A stretch of 64,000 nucleotides of DNA from Acidobacteriota bacterium (lineage in GTDB: Bacteria > Acidobacteriota > UBA6911 > RPQK01 > JAJDTT01): NCBI GenBank assembly GCA_965209055.1, contig OZ242374.1, positions 5,056,001-5,120,000 of the forward strand, in the 5' to 3' direction. The notes beneath the pieces are model-generated. The model ran no database searches, was not told where the DNA came from, and worked only from the letters and a program-made list of their open reading frames with translations. Positions 28,583 to 40,780 of this stretch are shown in pieces (the stretch's first letter is position 1; each line of letters begins with the position of its first letter). The position numbers and the translations under genes are program-made.

Positions 28583-30124
28583 TTGAAAAAGCTCTCAACC
28601 AAGTTCTTGTTTCGAGTCACCTTCCTGCTGGCGGGCGTCGCCTGCTGGTTCTTCCTGCAGGATCCGGGCGCGACCTTCTCCTCACACGACCAGGGGCCCG
28701 ACCCGGACGAGCGCTTCGTCCTGGAAACGGGTCAGCCGGTGGGTGAACTCTCGTTCGAGGTTCTGGAGGAACTGACCGACATCCATCTGCCCTCCCGGCT
28801 CTACTTCGCCCATGCCGACGGGCGGCCGGAAACTCCCGTGGTGGGACGCTTCGAGAACTATTTGGTGACGGCCTCCGGCCGGGAGCTGAAGACCATACCG
28901 GTGGGCCGGTACGACGTCTACGTGAGCCGCGGCATCGAGTACACCCTGGACCACCAGGAGGTGGAGATCCTGGAAGGGAAACGGACCCATTTCACCTCCA
29001 CCCTCTCCCGGGCCATCGACACCAGCGGCTACATCTCGTCGGATTTCCACCTGCACCTCCAATTCGCCATGCGGGACGGCGCCATCGTCTCGGCGGCGGC
29101 CGGACTGGACCTGCTCACCGCTACCGATCACAACATCCTCAAGGATTATTCTCCCTACATCGAGGAGTTGAACCTGGGCCGGTTCATGTCCTCGGTGGTG
29201 GGGTCGGAGATAGACACGGCGTTCGGTCACTTCAACAGCTTTCCCATGTCGCTGAACCGGTGGCAGGAACGATCGTATCGCTACTCCATTCTTACTCCGG
29301 GAGAATTCCTCCGGTTGATGCGGCAGAACCCGGGCGACGAGATCGTGCAGATCAATCATCCCCGGTACGGCACGACCAAGGGCGGCTACTTCAACACGCG
29401 GCTCAACCGGGACACCGGAGAGATCGAGTATCCCTTCTTCGAAACCAGCTTCAATCAGGTCGAGGTCTACAACGCACTCACCGTATTGGAGGACCGGGAG
29501 AATCCTCGATTCGGCCGCAACCAGAGGCTGGACCAGAATCTGAAGGACTGGTACAGCCTGCTCAACCGGGGGATCGCCATCACCGGCGTGGGCAACACCG
29601 ACGCCCACCGCTATCCCAGCGAGTTGCCCGGATATCCGCGCAACTACGTCCTCTCGGACACGGACAAACCCTGGGAGATCGATCCCTACGAGGTGGTCGA
29701 TGCGTTGAAGCGGGGCGCGTCATCCGCTTCGCTGGGCCCCTTCATCCGCTTCACCGTCGACGACGGCGTCCAGATGGGCTCCACACACACCGCCCGGGAC
29801 GGCTCGGTGATGGTGCACGTCAACGTCCAGAGGGCCCCCTGGATTCCGCTGGACCGGGTGGAGATCGTGGCCAACGGCAAGGTGCTCAAGACACTCTCGA
29901 CCGAGGAGGCGCCGGAGGGCACGCGGCACCATTGGGACATCGAGGTCAAGGCCGACCAGGACACGTGGTTACTGGTGCTGGCCACCTCCGACCGGCCCTG
30001 GGAGAAGCCCTTCACCCACTTCAGCTCGTTCGCCTTCACCAATCCCATCTGGGTGGACTTCGACGGAAACGGCTATTTCGATCCTCCCAATCCCGGCTAT
30101 CCCGCCAACGAGACGGCCGAGTAA
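28583..30124 (+). CDS. CehA/McbA-type PHP-like metallohydrolase
   Basis: SDFHLH, TDHN, GHFN.FP, QINHPR, GNTDAH, AFTNPIWVD; TTG start after GGAGG. Confidence 0.8.
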   Translation: MKKLSTKFLFRVTFLLAGVACWFFLQDPGATFSSHDQGPDPDERFVLETGQPVGELSFEVLEELTDIHLPSRLYFAHADGRPETPVVGRFENYLVTASGRELKTIPVGRYDVYVSRGIEYTLDHQEVEILEGKRTHFTSTLSRAIDTSGYISSDFHLHLQFAMRDGAIVSAAAGLDLLTATDHNILKDYSPYIEELNLGRFMSSVVGSEIDTAFGHFNSFPMSLNRWQERSYRYSILTPGEFLRLMRQNPGDEIVQINHPRYGTTKGGYFNTRLNRDTGEIEYPFFETSFNQVEVYNALTVLEDRENPRFGRNQRLDQNLKDWYSLLNRGIAITGVGNTDAHRYPSELPGYPRNYVLSDTDKPWEIDPYEVVDALKRGASSASLGPFIRFTVDDGVQMGSTHTARDGSVMVHVNVQRAPWIPLDRVEIVANGKVLKTLSTEEAPEGTRHHWDIEVKADQDTWLLVLATSDRPWEKPFTHFSSFAFTNPIWVDFDGNGYFDPPNPGYPANETAE

Positions 30125-30206
30125 GAGGAATCAGGCGGGACCGGACTCGACGGACCTACGGGAGGTCTTCACCTGAATCGGTGCGGTGGTCCGGAGGTCG
30201 TCTGCC

Positions 30207-31649
30207 CTACTCCTCCTCCGCGGGCTGGGTCTTCCTGGACAGGCCGGCGGCGACCTTCTGGGCTTCCGACACCTGATCGTCGGACATCTTGGGACTGAGC
30301 CAGTTCTTGGTCCGGATTGCATTCTCGTTGCCATTCTCCGAGGCCAGGATAATCCAGGCATAGGCCTGAACCTCGTCCTTAGGCACCCCCCAACCGTTGG
30401 CGTACATGACTCCCAGGTTGTTTTGGGCCCGGGCCTCGCCCTGCCGTGCGGCTTTCCGGTACCAGGTCACGGCTTCGCGATCGTCCTCCGGAACTCCCCA
30501 GCCATTGGCGTATCTGAAGCCCAGGTTGTATTGAGCGCCGGCGTCTCCCCGCTCGGCGGCCCGCCGAAACCACTTGAGGGCCTCACCGGCGTCCGCCTGC
30601 ACGCCCCGGCCTTCCGAGTACATGTCGCCCAGACTGAATTGAGCGCCGGCTTCGCCCTGCTCGGCGGCCTTCCGGTACCAATTCGCGGCTTCGCCCACAT
30701 CTTTGGGCACTCCCCGGCCCGAGGCGTACATGTCGCCCAGGTTGAATTGGGCGCCGGCGTCTCCCTGATCGGCGGCCATCTGATACCACTTCACGGCTTC
30801 CTGGTCGTCCTTCGAGACGCCGCGGCCGCTGGCGTACATGACGCCGAGGTTGTTCTGGGCGCGGGCCTGGCCTTTCTCGGCGGAACTCCGATACCACTTG
30901 ACCGCCTCCGCAACATCCTCCGGCACGCCGCGGCCTTCCGCGTACATGTCGCCCAGGAACAGTTGCGCGCGGGCGTGGCCCTGCTCGGCGGCCATCTGGT
31001 ACCACTTCGCCGCCTCGACGGCGTCCTCCGGCACGTCCCAACCGTTGGCGTACCGGAACCCAAGGTTGTATTGGGCCCGGGCGTCTCCCTGCTCCGCCGC
31101 CTTCAGATACCACTTCACCGCCTCGCCCGGGTCCTTCGCCACGCCCCGGCCGATGAGGTACATGACGCCCAGGTTGTATTGCGCGCGGCCATGGCCCTGC
31201 TCGGCAGCTTTCAGGTACCACTTCGCCGCCTCGGCGGCATCCTTCAGCACACCCCGGCCGTTGGCATACCTGACTCCCATGTTGTACTGAGCGCGGGCGT
31301 CTCCCTGCTCCGCCGCCTTCAGGTACCACTTTGCGGCCTCGGCGGCATCCCTCGGCACGCCCCGGCCCGTGACGTACATGACGCCCAGGTTGTATTGAGC
31401 CAGAGCGTCTCCTTGTTCGGCCGCTCTTCGATACCACTTCGCGGCCTCCTCAGGGTCCCTCGGCACGCCCCGGCCCGTGGCGTATCTGAAGCCCAGGTTG
31501 AACTGAGCGCCGACGTCTCCCTCTTCGGCGGCCTTGCGCAGCTCTTCCAGATCCTGGGCGGCGACGGTTCCGAGTTGAAATGCGGTCAGAACGGCGAGGG
31601 TGACGAGCCAGAGTGCAATTTGGCGCGGGCGAGTACTACGCTGCGTCAT
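30207..31649 (-). CDS. Secreted Sel1-repeat protein
   Basis: Signal peptide plus 11 tandem 36-aa repeats (AAEQG.A.AQ.NLG.MY..G.GV..D..EA.KWY). Confidence 0.93.
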   Translation of the reverse strand: MTQRSTRPRQIALWLVTLAVLTAFQLGTVAAQDLEELRKAAEEGDVGAQFNLGFRYATGRGVPRDPEEAAKWYRRAAEQGDALAQYNLGVMYVTGRGVPRDAAEAAKWYLKAAEQGDARAQYNMGVRYANGRGVLKDAAEAAKWYLKAAEQGHGRAQYNLGVMYLIGRGVAKDPGEAVKWYLKAAEQGDARAQYNLGFRYANGWDVPEDAVEAAKWYQMAAEQGHARAQLFLGDMYAEGRGVPEDVAEAVKWYRSSAEKGQARAQNNLGVMYASGRGVSKDDQEAVKWYQMAADQGDAGAQFNLGDMYASGRGVPKDVGEAANWYRKAAEQGEAGAQFSLGDMYSEGRGVQADAGEALKWFRRAAERGDAGAQYNLGFRYANGWGVPEDDREAVTWYRKAARQGEARAQNNLGVMYANGWGVPKDEVQAYAWIILASENGNENAIRTKNWLSPKMSDDQVSEAQKVAAGLSRKTQPAEEE

Positions 31650-31869
31650 CGTCGGCTTCAAATATAATACCGAAATCCAACCCCGATGTCCGGGACCCTC
31701 CAAGCCCTGGTCACAAAAATCATCTACCTGGAGCGAAACGGTCACAAAAGAGCGGAGACGACGAAACGAATACGAACGGGACGTGTCTCCATGTCCGTCC
31801 AGCCGACGTCATCGTCTTGCAGAGGAGTGATAAATCGGAGGTGATGCGGTTGGCGGCCGCGGCGGTCTC

Positions 31870-31898
31870 TTGAAAGCGCACCGGCCCTCCGATAACAT
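31870..31898 (+). promoter_or_regulatory. Putative sigma70 promoter of thiC
   Basis: TTGAAA-N17-TAACAT upstream of the riboswitch. Confidence 0.55.
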
Positions 31899-31932
31899 GA
31901 CCGGTCGAGTCCCGGCTTGCGGGCCCGAAACC

Positions 31933-33970
<2,038 letters not shown>

Positions 33971-34058
33971 CCGCCGCGCACCGGGAACGAGTGGTCATCC
34001 GAGGGCATCGGGTCTGCCGCTTGCGCCCGGGCGGCTCCCTCTCCAGGCTGGTTCGAAC

Positions 34059-35708
34059 GTGACCCGATTCCGGGCGTCGAATCTGGTGCTTCTGGCAACC
34101 GGCTCCCTCCTGGCCATTTCCTTTTGTATCGCCGGCCTCACCGACGATCTCGGCGAGGGGGGCGTTTCCAGCATCAGCGAATCCGACCTGAGGTCGACGG
34201 TCGCGTTTCTGGCCTCGGAGGAACTCCAGGGGCGCCGCCCCGGATCTCCGTTCGGCCGGGTCGCGTCGCGGTACCTCGCCCACCGGTTCCAACTGTTGGG
34301 TCTGGAACCGGCCGGTGACGGGGATTCCTACTTCCAGCACTTCAGGTTGGTGCGGATGGAGCTGGGCGAGCGCAACTCCCTGGAGATCCGGCTACCGGAC
34401 GGCGCTTCCCCAAGGAAGCCCGATCTGTTCTCGGAATTCTGCCCGGACCCCCTTTCGGCCCGGGGCCCGTCCCGCGGCCCGGTGGTCTTCGCCGGCTACG
34501 GCATCGTGGCGCCCGAGTTGGGATATGACGACTACGACGGTCTCGACGTCAGGGACAGGGTCGTCTTGGTGGTGCGTCACGAGCCCGGCGAGAAGGATCC
34601 GGAGAGTCCCTTCCAGGGAGTCGTCGCCACCGAGCACAGCTTGACGCGCGAAAAAATCCTCAGGGCTCAGGAACGGGGGGCTGCCGGCGTTCTCGTGGCG
34701 CCGCACGTGCTCCATCAGACCCAACGGAGAGGGCTCAAGCGATTGGCCCGGTACTTCTGGCCCGAGAGGGGTCTCACCCGCCGGCATTCCCTGGAGATCT
34801 GGGCTGACGCCGTCACCATCCCGGTGCATTACGTCTCCGCCGAGTTGGCGGATTCCATGTTGGAAACGCAGGGAACGACGCTGAAGGAAATCCAGCAGAA
34901 GATCGATCGGGACTATCGGCCTCAGAGCTTGGTTCTGGAGGGCGTGGAAGCGCGCCTGGAATCGGAAACGGCGCCCCATACGACGGAGGTTCGCAACGTC
35001 CTGGCCACTCTCCCGGGAGTCGATCCCCGGCTCAACCAGGAGGTGGTGGTGGTGGGCGCCCATTTTGACCATCTCGGCGCCGACGAAGGAGAGGTCTACT
35101 ACGGCGCCGACGACAATGCCAGCGGCACGGCGGGTCTTCTGGAAATTGCGGAAGCCTTCGCCCGGAACCCGCAGGGGCCCCGGCGCTCCGTCCTCTTCGC
35201 CGGTTGGGACGCCGAAGAATCAGGCTTGCTGGGCTCCTACTACTATGTGGCGCGGCCCACCTATCCCCTGGAACGGACCGTCGCCAAGTTCCAAATGGAC
35301 ATGATCGGCCGCGACCAAGAGGTCCCCGACTCCCAGGACCGCCGATTTCTGGGCCTGGAGCAGCAGGGTGCGGACCAGAACCGGAACTCGGTGAACGTCC
35401 TGGGCTACAGCCGAAGCAGCGATCTGCGGGACCGGGTCCGGGAAGCCAACCGCCGGGTCGGGTTGGAGCTGCGATTCCGCTACGACGATCACGCCATGAG
35501 CCTGATTCGGCGCAGCGATCACTGGCCCTTCCTGGCCCACGGGGTTCCGGCGGCCTTGTTCCACACCGGACTCCATCCGGACTACCACCGGACTTCGGAC
35601 ACGGTCGACAAACTCAATTTCGCCAAGATGGAAAAGGTGACGCGACTCGTGTATCTCACGGCCAGGAGCACGGCCGACGCAGTCTCGAGACCCCGGCTGA
35701 ACCCGTAG
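34059..35708 (+). CDS. M28 family peptidase with PA domain
   Basis: GAHFDHLG, GADDNASG, AEE.GLLGS, DMIGR, RSDH, HPDYH. Confidence 0.9.
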   Translation: MTRFRASNLVLLATGSLLAISFCIAGLTDDLGEGGVSSISESDLRSTVAFLASEELQGRRPGSPFGRVASRYLAHRFQLLGLEPAGDGDSYFQHFRLVRMELGERNSLEIRLPDGASPRKPDLFSEFCPDPLSARGPSRGPVVFAGYGIVAPELGYDDYDGLDVRDRVVLVVRHEPGEKDPESPFQGVVATEHSLTREKILRAQERGAAGVLVAPHVLHQTQRRGLKRLARYFWPERGLTRRHSLEIWADAVTIPVHYVSAELADSMLETQGTTLKEIQQKIDRDYRPQSLVLEGVEARLESETAPHTTEVRNVLATLPGVDPRLNQEVVVVGAHFDHLGADEGEVYYGADDNASGTAGLLEIAEAFARNPQGPRRSVLFAGWDAEESGLLGSYYYVARPTYPLERTVAKFQMDMIGRDQEVPDSQDRRFLGLEQQGADQNRNSVNVLGYSRSSDLRDRVREANRRVGLELRFRYDDHAMSLIRRSDHWPFLAHGVPAALFHTGLHPDYHRTSDTVDKLNFAKMEKVTRLVYLTARSTADAVSRPRLNP

Positions 35709-36512
35709 TCCCCATTGCTCTCGGGAATCAGATTCCTAATCCGATCCCGCATCTCTGCTCAAGGGAACCACCGGCAGTGTGGTGAAGATACCGTTCATGG
35801 CGTCCAACTCCACGGCCACACCGGTGAATTCCTGCGTTCCTGCAGGTGCCGTACAACGCATGGACCCGGTGAAGTCCGACGTGTCGTGATCGAACAGTTC
35901 ACTGATGAACATGGCGTCCTGGCCATTGGCCGGGAGCGTGACCGGCTGTGTCTCGATCAACTCGCCATTCATCATCAAGTGACAGGTCAACGTCAGTTCC
36001 GACTCACTCAGGTTACGGAAAGCCGCCCCTGTATCGACGCCTCCCATCTGACGTCGGACCGGGATGATGACGTCCCGAACCGGCTGACTGGCTCCAACTC
36101 CGGCAACACCGACTCCGGGAGCTTCAAAGCGAAGCACCCCGCCGATGGGACTGTCGAGACCTTCGGTGACCACTTTCACTGATCCCGTCGTGAGATCCCC
36201 CATGCCGTTGGTGGAAACAGTGACTTCTCCCAGGGACGGCAGCTCGGACTGGAGGGTCAGAGCGCCGAAGTCCGTTGTTGTCAGATTCCCCATGACGTCC
36301 ACCATCGATCCCGGATCGATGAGCCCGCCGTCCTCGCCGTAGAAATAGACGAGAGGTTGAATCGGCGTGGCTGCCAGATTCACCAACACCACGTCGGAAC
36401 TGAAGGATTCCCCGTTGGCGAAATGGGCGAAGTCCAGGGCCTCCTGATTCCCCTTGTAGAAGCCGGCCGCAAAAATGAGTGGCGGGAACAGATCCTCGAG
36501 TCCGGGAATTAG

Positions 36513-37702
36513 GGAAGGTCTGATTAAGTCGAGTCAGCGTTCTGCACGATAATCCCTTCATCATCACTGCGTGGGGGGAAAGACGATGTCGCAACGGACG
36601 TTCGCAGATCTGGAATACGACGCCAAGAAGCGGGTGACCCGTCGGGAGAAGTTTCTGGTCCGCATGGACGGGTTGATTCCGTGGGAGCAGTTGGAAGCCC
36701 GGATTGAGCCGTTTTACCCGAAAGCGGGACGGGGCCGGCGTCCCTACCCGCTCTCGGCGATGCTGCGGATCCACTGCGTGCAGTTGTTTTACAACCTGAG
36801 CGATCCGGGGATGGAGGATCTGCTTTACGAGGTGGAGTCGGTGCGGCGGTTCGTGGGTCTGAAGCTCACAGGGCCGCTGCCGGACGAGACGACGATTCTG
36901 AAGTTCCGTCATCGGCTGGAGGAGCATGGTCTGGGGGAGGCGCTGTTCGAGGAGATCGGTTCTCACCTGCAGCGTCAAGGCCTGCGGCTGAGCCGGGGGA
37001 CGATCGTGGACGCGAGTATCCTGGCGGCGCCTTCCTCGACGAAAAACAAGGATCGGGCGCGGGATCCGGAGATGCACCAGACGAAAAAGGGAAAACAGTG
37101 GTATTTCGGAATGAAGGCCCACCTGGGGGTGGACGCCCAGACGGGGGTGGCGCACACGGTGGTGACGGCTCCGGCCAACGAGCATGACGTGACGCGGGCC
37201 TCCGAATTGCTGCACGGCTCGGAGTCGCAAGTTTGGGGGGATTCCGGATACCAGGGAGTGCAGAAGCGGTCGGAGAATCGAGATCGGCCGGTGGATTGGC
37301 AGGTGATGATGAAGCCCGGGAAGCGTTGGCAGCTGTCGCCGGAGAGTGAGGCGGCGTTGGCCGAGCGGCGTAAGGCATCGGTACGGGCGAAGGCAGAACA
37401 TGTGTTCGGGTACCTGAAACGGCATTTCGGCTACGCCAAGGTGCGCTACCGCGGGCTGGCGAAAAACACCCAACGGATCTATCTGCTGGTGGGATTCGCC
37501 AATCTGATGATCGCCGAGCGCTCCGGTGTGACCGCCTGATCGGAATGCGGCACGGCTGTGTTTGAGGCTGGGGAAACCGTCTCGCAATCGCTTGGTCAAG
37601 ACCAATTCAGGGTTGCAAATCCCAGGTTAGAGCGTCTGGATCCGAAAAAGGGAGGGATACAAGGTCTGTTTCGCCCCATATGAGGACTTAATCAGACCTT
37701 CC
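36513..37702 (+). mobile_element. IS5 family insertion sequence, copy 2
   Basis: Perfect 18-bp IRs GGAAGGTCTGATTAAGTC; TTAG duplication at 36509-36512 and 37703-37706. Confidence 0.95.
36571..37539 (+). CDS. IS5 family transposase
   Basis: Near-identical to 5635-6603 (6 amino-acid differences by eye). Confidence 0.95.
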   Translation: MGGKTMSQRTFADLEYDAKKRVTRREKFLVRMDGLIPWEQLEARIEPFYPKAGRGRRPYPLSAMLRIHCVQLFYNLSDPGMEDLLYEVESVRRFVGLKLTGPLPDETTILKFRHRLEEHGLGEALFEEIGSHLQRQGLRLSRGTIVDASILAAPSSTKNKDRARDPEMHQTKKGKQWYFGMKAHLGVDAQTGVAHTVVTAPANEHDVTRASELLHGSESQVWGDSGYQGVQKRSENRDRPVDWQVMMKPGKRWQLSPESEAALAERRKASVRAKAEHVFGYLKRHFGYAKVRYRGLAKNTQRIYLLVGFANLMIAERSGVTA

Positions 37703-38786
37703 TTAGACTAAATCGACGTACGAAGGTGACCTTGGGAGCGGTCGCGCTGTCGGAATCATCGGCGGGATCGTCAAAATGGTACTCGATGAAGCCGCCCTCC
37801 GGGTGTTCTTGGGCCGACTCGATGACCTGGGGCAGAATCGACTCTCCGGTGACGGCATCCTTAACTCTGCCGGAGGCGACCACGAACTCCAACTGTTGCG
37901 GAAATGCCCCGTGAAACCAGACGAGGCCGGTGGTATCCAGCACATAGATGTAGATGGAACCTTTTTTCCAGGGCCCCCCCTCATGCCTGAAGTCGTTCTT
38001 CAATCTTGTAACAACGGCAGTGCCTTCGCTCGCCAACTTTTCAGTCACGAATTCGATCGCCCCGTTCAGAAAGGCCTTGAGGGTCTCCCGATCCACCACG
38101 TCACTGGCGGTTACTGCCGGGGTGTCGGCAGGGTCGATAACGACCGGCTTCAGATGAGACTCCTGAATGTCGACCCCGGCCGTCAGGAGTATCGAGACGT
38201 TGACATATTCGATTCCGACAACGTAACCGCTCGACGGCCTATCCAGGGCGCCGCCGTCAGGGTTTGTGAATGATCGTGTTTCCGGATCGAAGCCGGCCGC
38301 GGCGGCGATTGGCGAGAGTACCTCCTCACGGAGTTGCCTGCCCGTCAGGGCCATGTCTTTTGAATGGAATGCCAGGGTACCATCGGTGGTAAGAGCTACG
38401 ATATATACCGACTCGGTCATCCAATCTCCCCCACCACTCCTGAAAACACACGACCCATACGCCTGTTGTACCGTGCTCGCGTCCTGATAGTAGTCTCTCG
38501 CCTGCCCCACAAAGGTCATCAGGTTGGCCTCGGTAGGATCCGCCTCCACTTGGGCGGCCGTGACGATGGGGTCGGGGACCTCCATTACACCTTCCGGGAG
38601 AGTGCATTCCACGTCCAACTGTCCCCAGACAAGGCGGGCATCGGAAAAAACGCCGGCCAGCATGAACAGGCCAACTGCAAGAAGAAGTAAAGAGGTCCCG
38701 GTTTTCAAAATTCCGGATTTCATAGTGAGATCCTCCTTCGTCATCCAGACTGCTTGAATTCGTGACGAATCAGTGAAATTAGGGTG

Positions 38787-38815
38787 ATTTTACGTGAACA
38801 GACCCTTGGAGGCAA
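38787..38815 (-). promoter_or_regulatory. Putative sigma70 promoter of the Cache-domain gene
   Basis: Minus strand TTGCCT-N17-TAAAAT. Confidence 0.6.
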
Positions 38816-39059
38816 TGAAAGGGACCGCGCCGCCTGGCGGGTCAGTGCGGGAACCGACGGCGCGGATGGCTTGATGGTGATGACGCTCCGCGCCAGCCCG
38901 GCGCGCACAGGCGCTCAATAATCGAATCGAGTCGAGCATCCTGCACGGTCACCGGAAGCAGCTCAAGCGGGAACTCGCCGGCGGGAACCGCACCATCCGG
39001 CCGGTCCGGAACTTCGACGACCGTATTCTCGAGGAGTATTGAAAAGAAAGGACCAATCC

Positions 39060-39446
39060 CGTAGCTCACTTGGACCGGGCGCATCGGACCCGGGTGGGGC
39101 GGGCGTTGGAGCGGCCAGGCATCAAGGGGATCCGGACCCTGGAGGCGGCGAACCGGTTCCTACGGGAGGTGTGGATCCCCTTTGCCAATCGGCGCTTCAC
39201 GGTGGCCGCGGCCCAAGCGGGAACGGCGTTCACTCCGGCCGACGAGATCGATCTAGAGGAGATTCTCTCGCATCAGGAGAACCGGGTGGTGGGTGCGGAC
39301 AACACGATGCGGTACCGGCGGCGCCTGCTGCAGATCGAACCCCAGAAGTTCCGCACCAGCTTGGCGAAATGACCAAGGGGTCCGATATTCACCGACCGGA
39401 CAGATCACGTGTCAAAAAAACCGGACAACTTGACGTGCCAATGACA
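39060..39446 (+). mobile_element. IS1202-like (ISNCY) transposase remnant with right end
   Basis: T.VGRAL...GI fused to GI.TLEAAN.FL....P..N.RF...DL..IL...E.RVV..DNT; subterminal repeats ACCGGACA..CACGTGTCAA and ACCGGACA..GACGTGCCAA, ending in ..TGACA. Confidence 0.7.
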
Positions 39447-39466
39447 TTTCAAGGTCAAGGGCAGAG

Positions 39467-39985
39467 CTACTGTCCCGCGCTCGCGATGGCGTCCAGAGCA
39501 GAGTCGTAATCCGGCTGCTCGGTCACCTCACCGACATATTCGACGTGCCGGATCACCCCTTCGGCATCGACCACGAAAAGGGCGCGGCTGGCCAAGCGCA
39601 ACTCCTTGATCAAGGTCCCGTAGTTCTGCGTGAACGACGCCTCGCGGTGATCGGAAAGCATGGAGAGGTTCTTGACGCCGGCGGCGGAACACCAGCGGCT
39701 CTGGGCAAAGGGAAGATCCATGCTGATGGTGTAGATCTTCACGCCCGGCAGTTTCGCTGCTTCCTCGTTGAAGCGCCTGGTCTGCGTGTCGCAGACGGGC
39801 GTATCCAGCGAGGGGACCACGCTGAACACGCGCACGGAATTCCCGGTGTCGGCCAGCGTGACCGGGGTCAGGTCGGTAGAGAGGGCCTGGAAATCGGGAG
39901 CTGGGCTTCCCGCTTCGAGTTCAGGTCCCACCAGGGTGAAGGGATTGCCTTTGAGCGTCACTGCATTGGATCTTTCAACCGTCAT
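39467..39985 (-). CDS. tpx: Thiol peroxidase
   Basis: VPSLDTPVC, SMDLPFAQ.RWC, EQPDYD. Confidence 0.95.
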   Translation of the reverse strand: MTVERSNAVTLKGNPFTLVGPELEAGSPAPDFQALSTDLTPVTLADTGNSVRVFSVVPSLDTPVCDTQTRRFNEEAAKLPGVKIYTISMDLPFAQSRWCSAAGVKNLSMLSDHREASFTQNYGTLIKELRLASRALFVVDAEGVIRHVEYVGEVTEQPDYDSALDAIASAGQ

Positions 39986-40328
39986 ATTCGCCTCCTTGGT
40001 GGAGGGGCATTCTAACACGCCGGTGAAGAAGTGGGAGCAAGGAAGAAAGCCAGCCGGAGAAAAGCCCTTTACGTCCCCCCGCTTTCATTCCATCCATGGC
40101 TCCCCGTCCGGCCCGTCACCCCCGATCGGTAGAATCGCAGGCGCTGGTCGCGGGACCCGAATCAAGGTCCCGCTGTCTTAACGGATTGAGGGGGTGCCAC
40201 CGGGACCCATTGCCCCGGTCCGACCCGAGTTTTTGAAATAACGAAACTTTTTTACTCAAAATTGCATCAAATAAGATATTAGGAGCGGTTTCGCCCACGG
40301 GCGGCTTGGATAGAAAGTGGCGTTAGCA

Positions 40329-40667
40329 ATGAAGACTTCGGTAATCGAAAGCGAGGGTCTGTACCCCAAGACCAGAAAGCCGGATGCCTCCCTCAGGAAT
40401 CTCGCTCTGGGAATTCTGCTGCAGGCATTCCGAGATATCGTAGCTCCCAAGAAGTCTGCCAGCAAAGAATGGGAACTCTGGCGCCAGGATGCCCTGGATT
40501 GGTTCTCGTCCGAAGAGAAAGATCCGGGAAGCTTCTTGTGGGTCTGCGACGTCCTGGCCTTGAGCCCCAAGGAACTGCGGGAGTGGCTGGACCTGTACAA
40601 CAGTTGCGACCCGGATCAGCAGCGGGAAATGGCGCGAAAGCTGACCCGCTTTCAGATCCGCCATTAG
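40329..40667 (+). CDS. Small hypothetical protein
   Basis: Host-like codon usage; motif L..IL.QA..D...A..WF.S....GSF.W.C..L...P..LR; start could be 40317. Confidence 0.65.
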   Translation: MKTSVIESEGLYPKTRKPDASLRNLALGILLQAFRDIVAPKKSASKEWELWRQDALDWFSSEEKDPGSFLWVCDVLALSPKELREWLDLYNSCDPDQQREMARKLTRFQIRH

Positions 40668-40780
40668 TTTCCGCCGAGCACCGAATCGGAGCATGCCGGG
40701 AGCATGTGACCGGGAAGCAGCACCGTCCGCGCCTGTGCGGACGCCGTTGAATACGGTGACCATTTTGGCCCGGGGCTGAT

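Larger units (their letters stand above)
35736..38744 (-). pseudogene. Secreted tandem Cache-like domain protein interrupted by IS5
   Basis: Removing the IS and one TTAG joins ORF 37692-38744 (..VRRFSL) in frame to IPGLEDLF...LDFAHFANG and ORF 35736-36392; two repeats (VTA..V...L..F...A; GG.W...IY.......G...FH) and GGFIEYHFDDP...K..F. Confidence 0.8.

Noticed and set aside
30350-31520. Regular repeats resembling a CRISPR array
   Set aside because: They are 108-bp in-frame coding Sel1 repeats with no unique spacers and no cas genes
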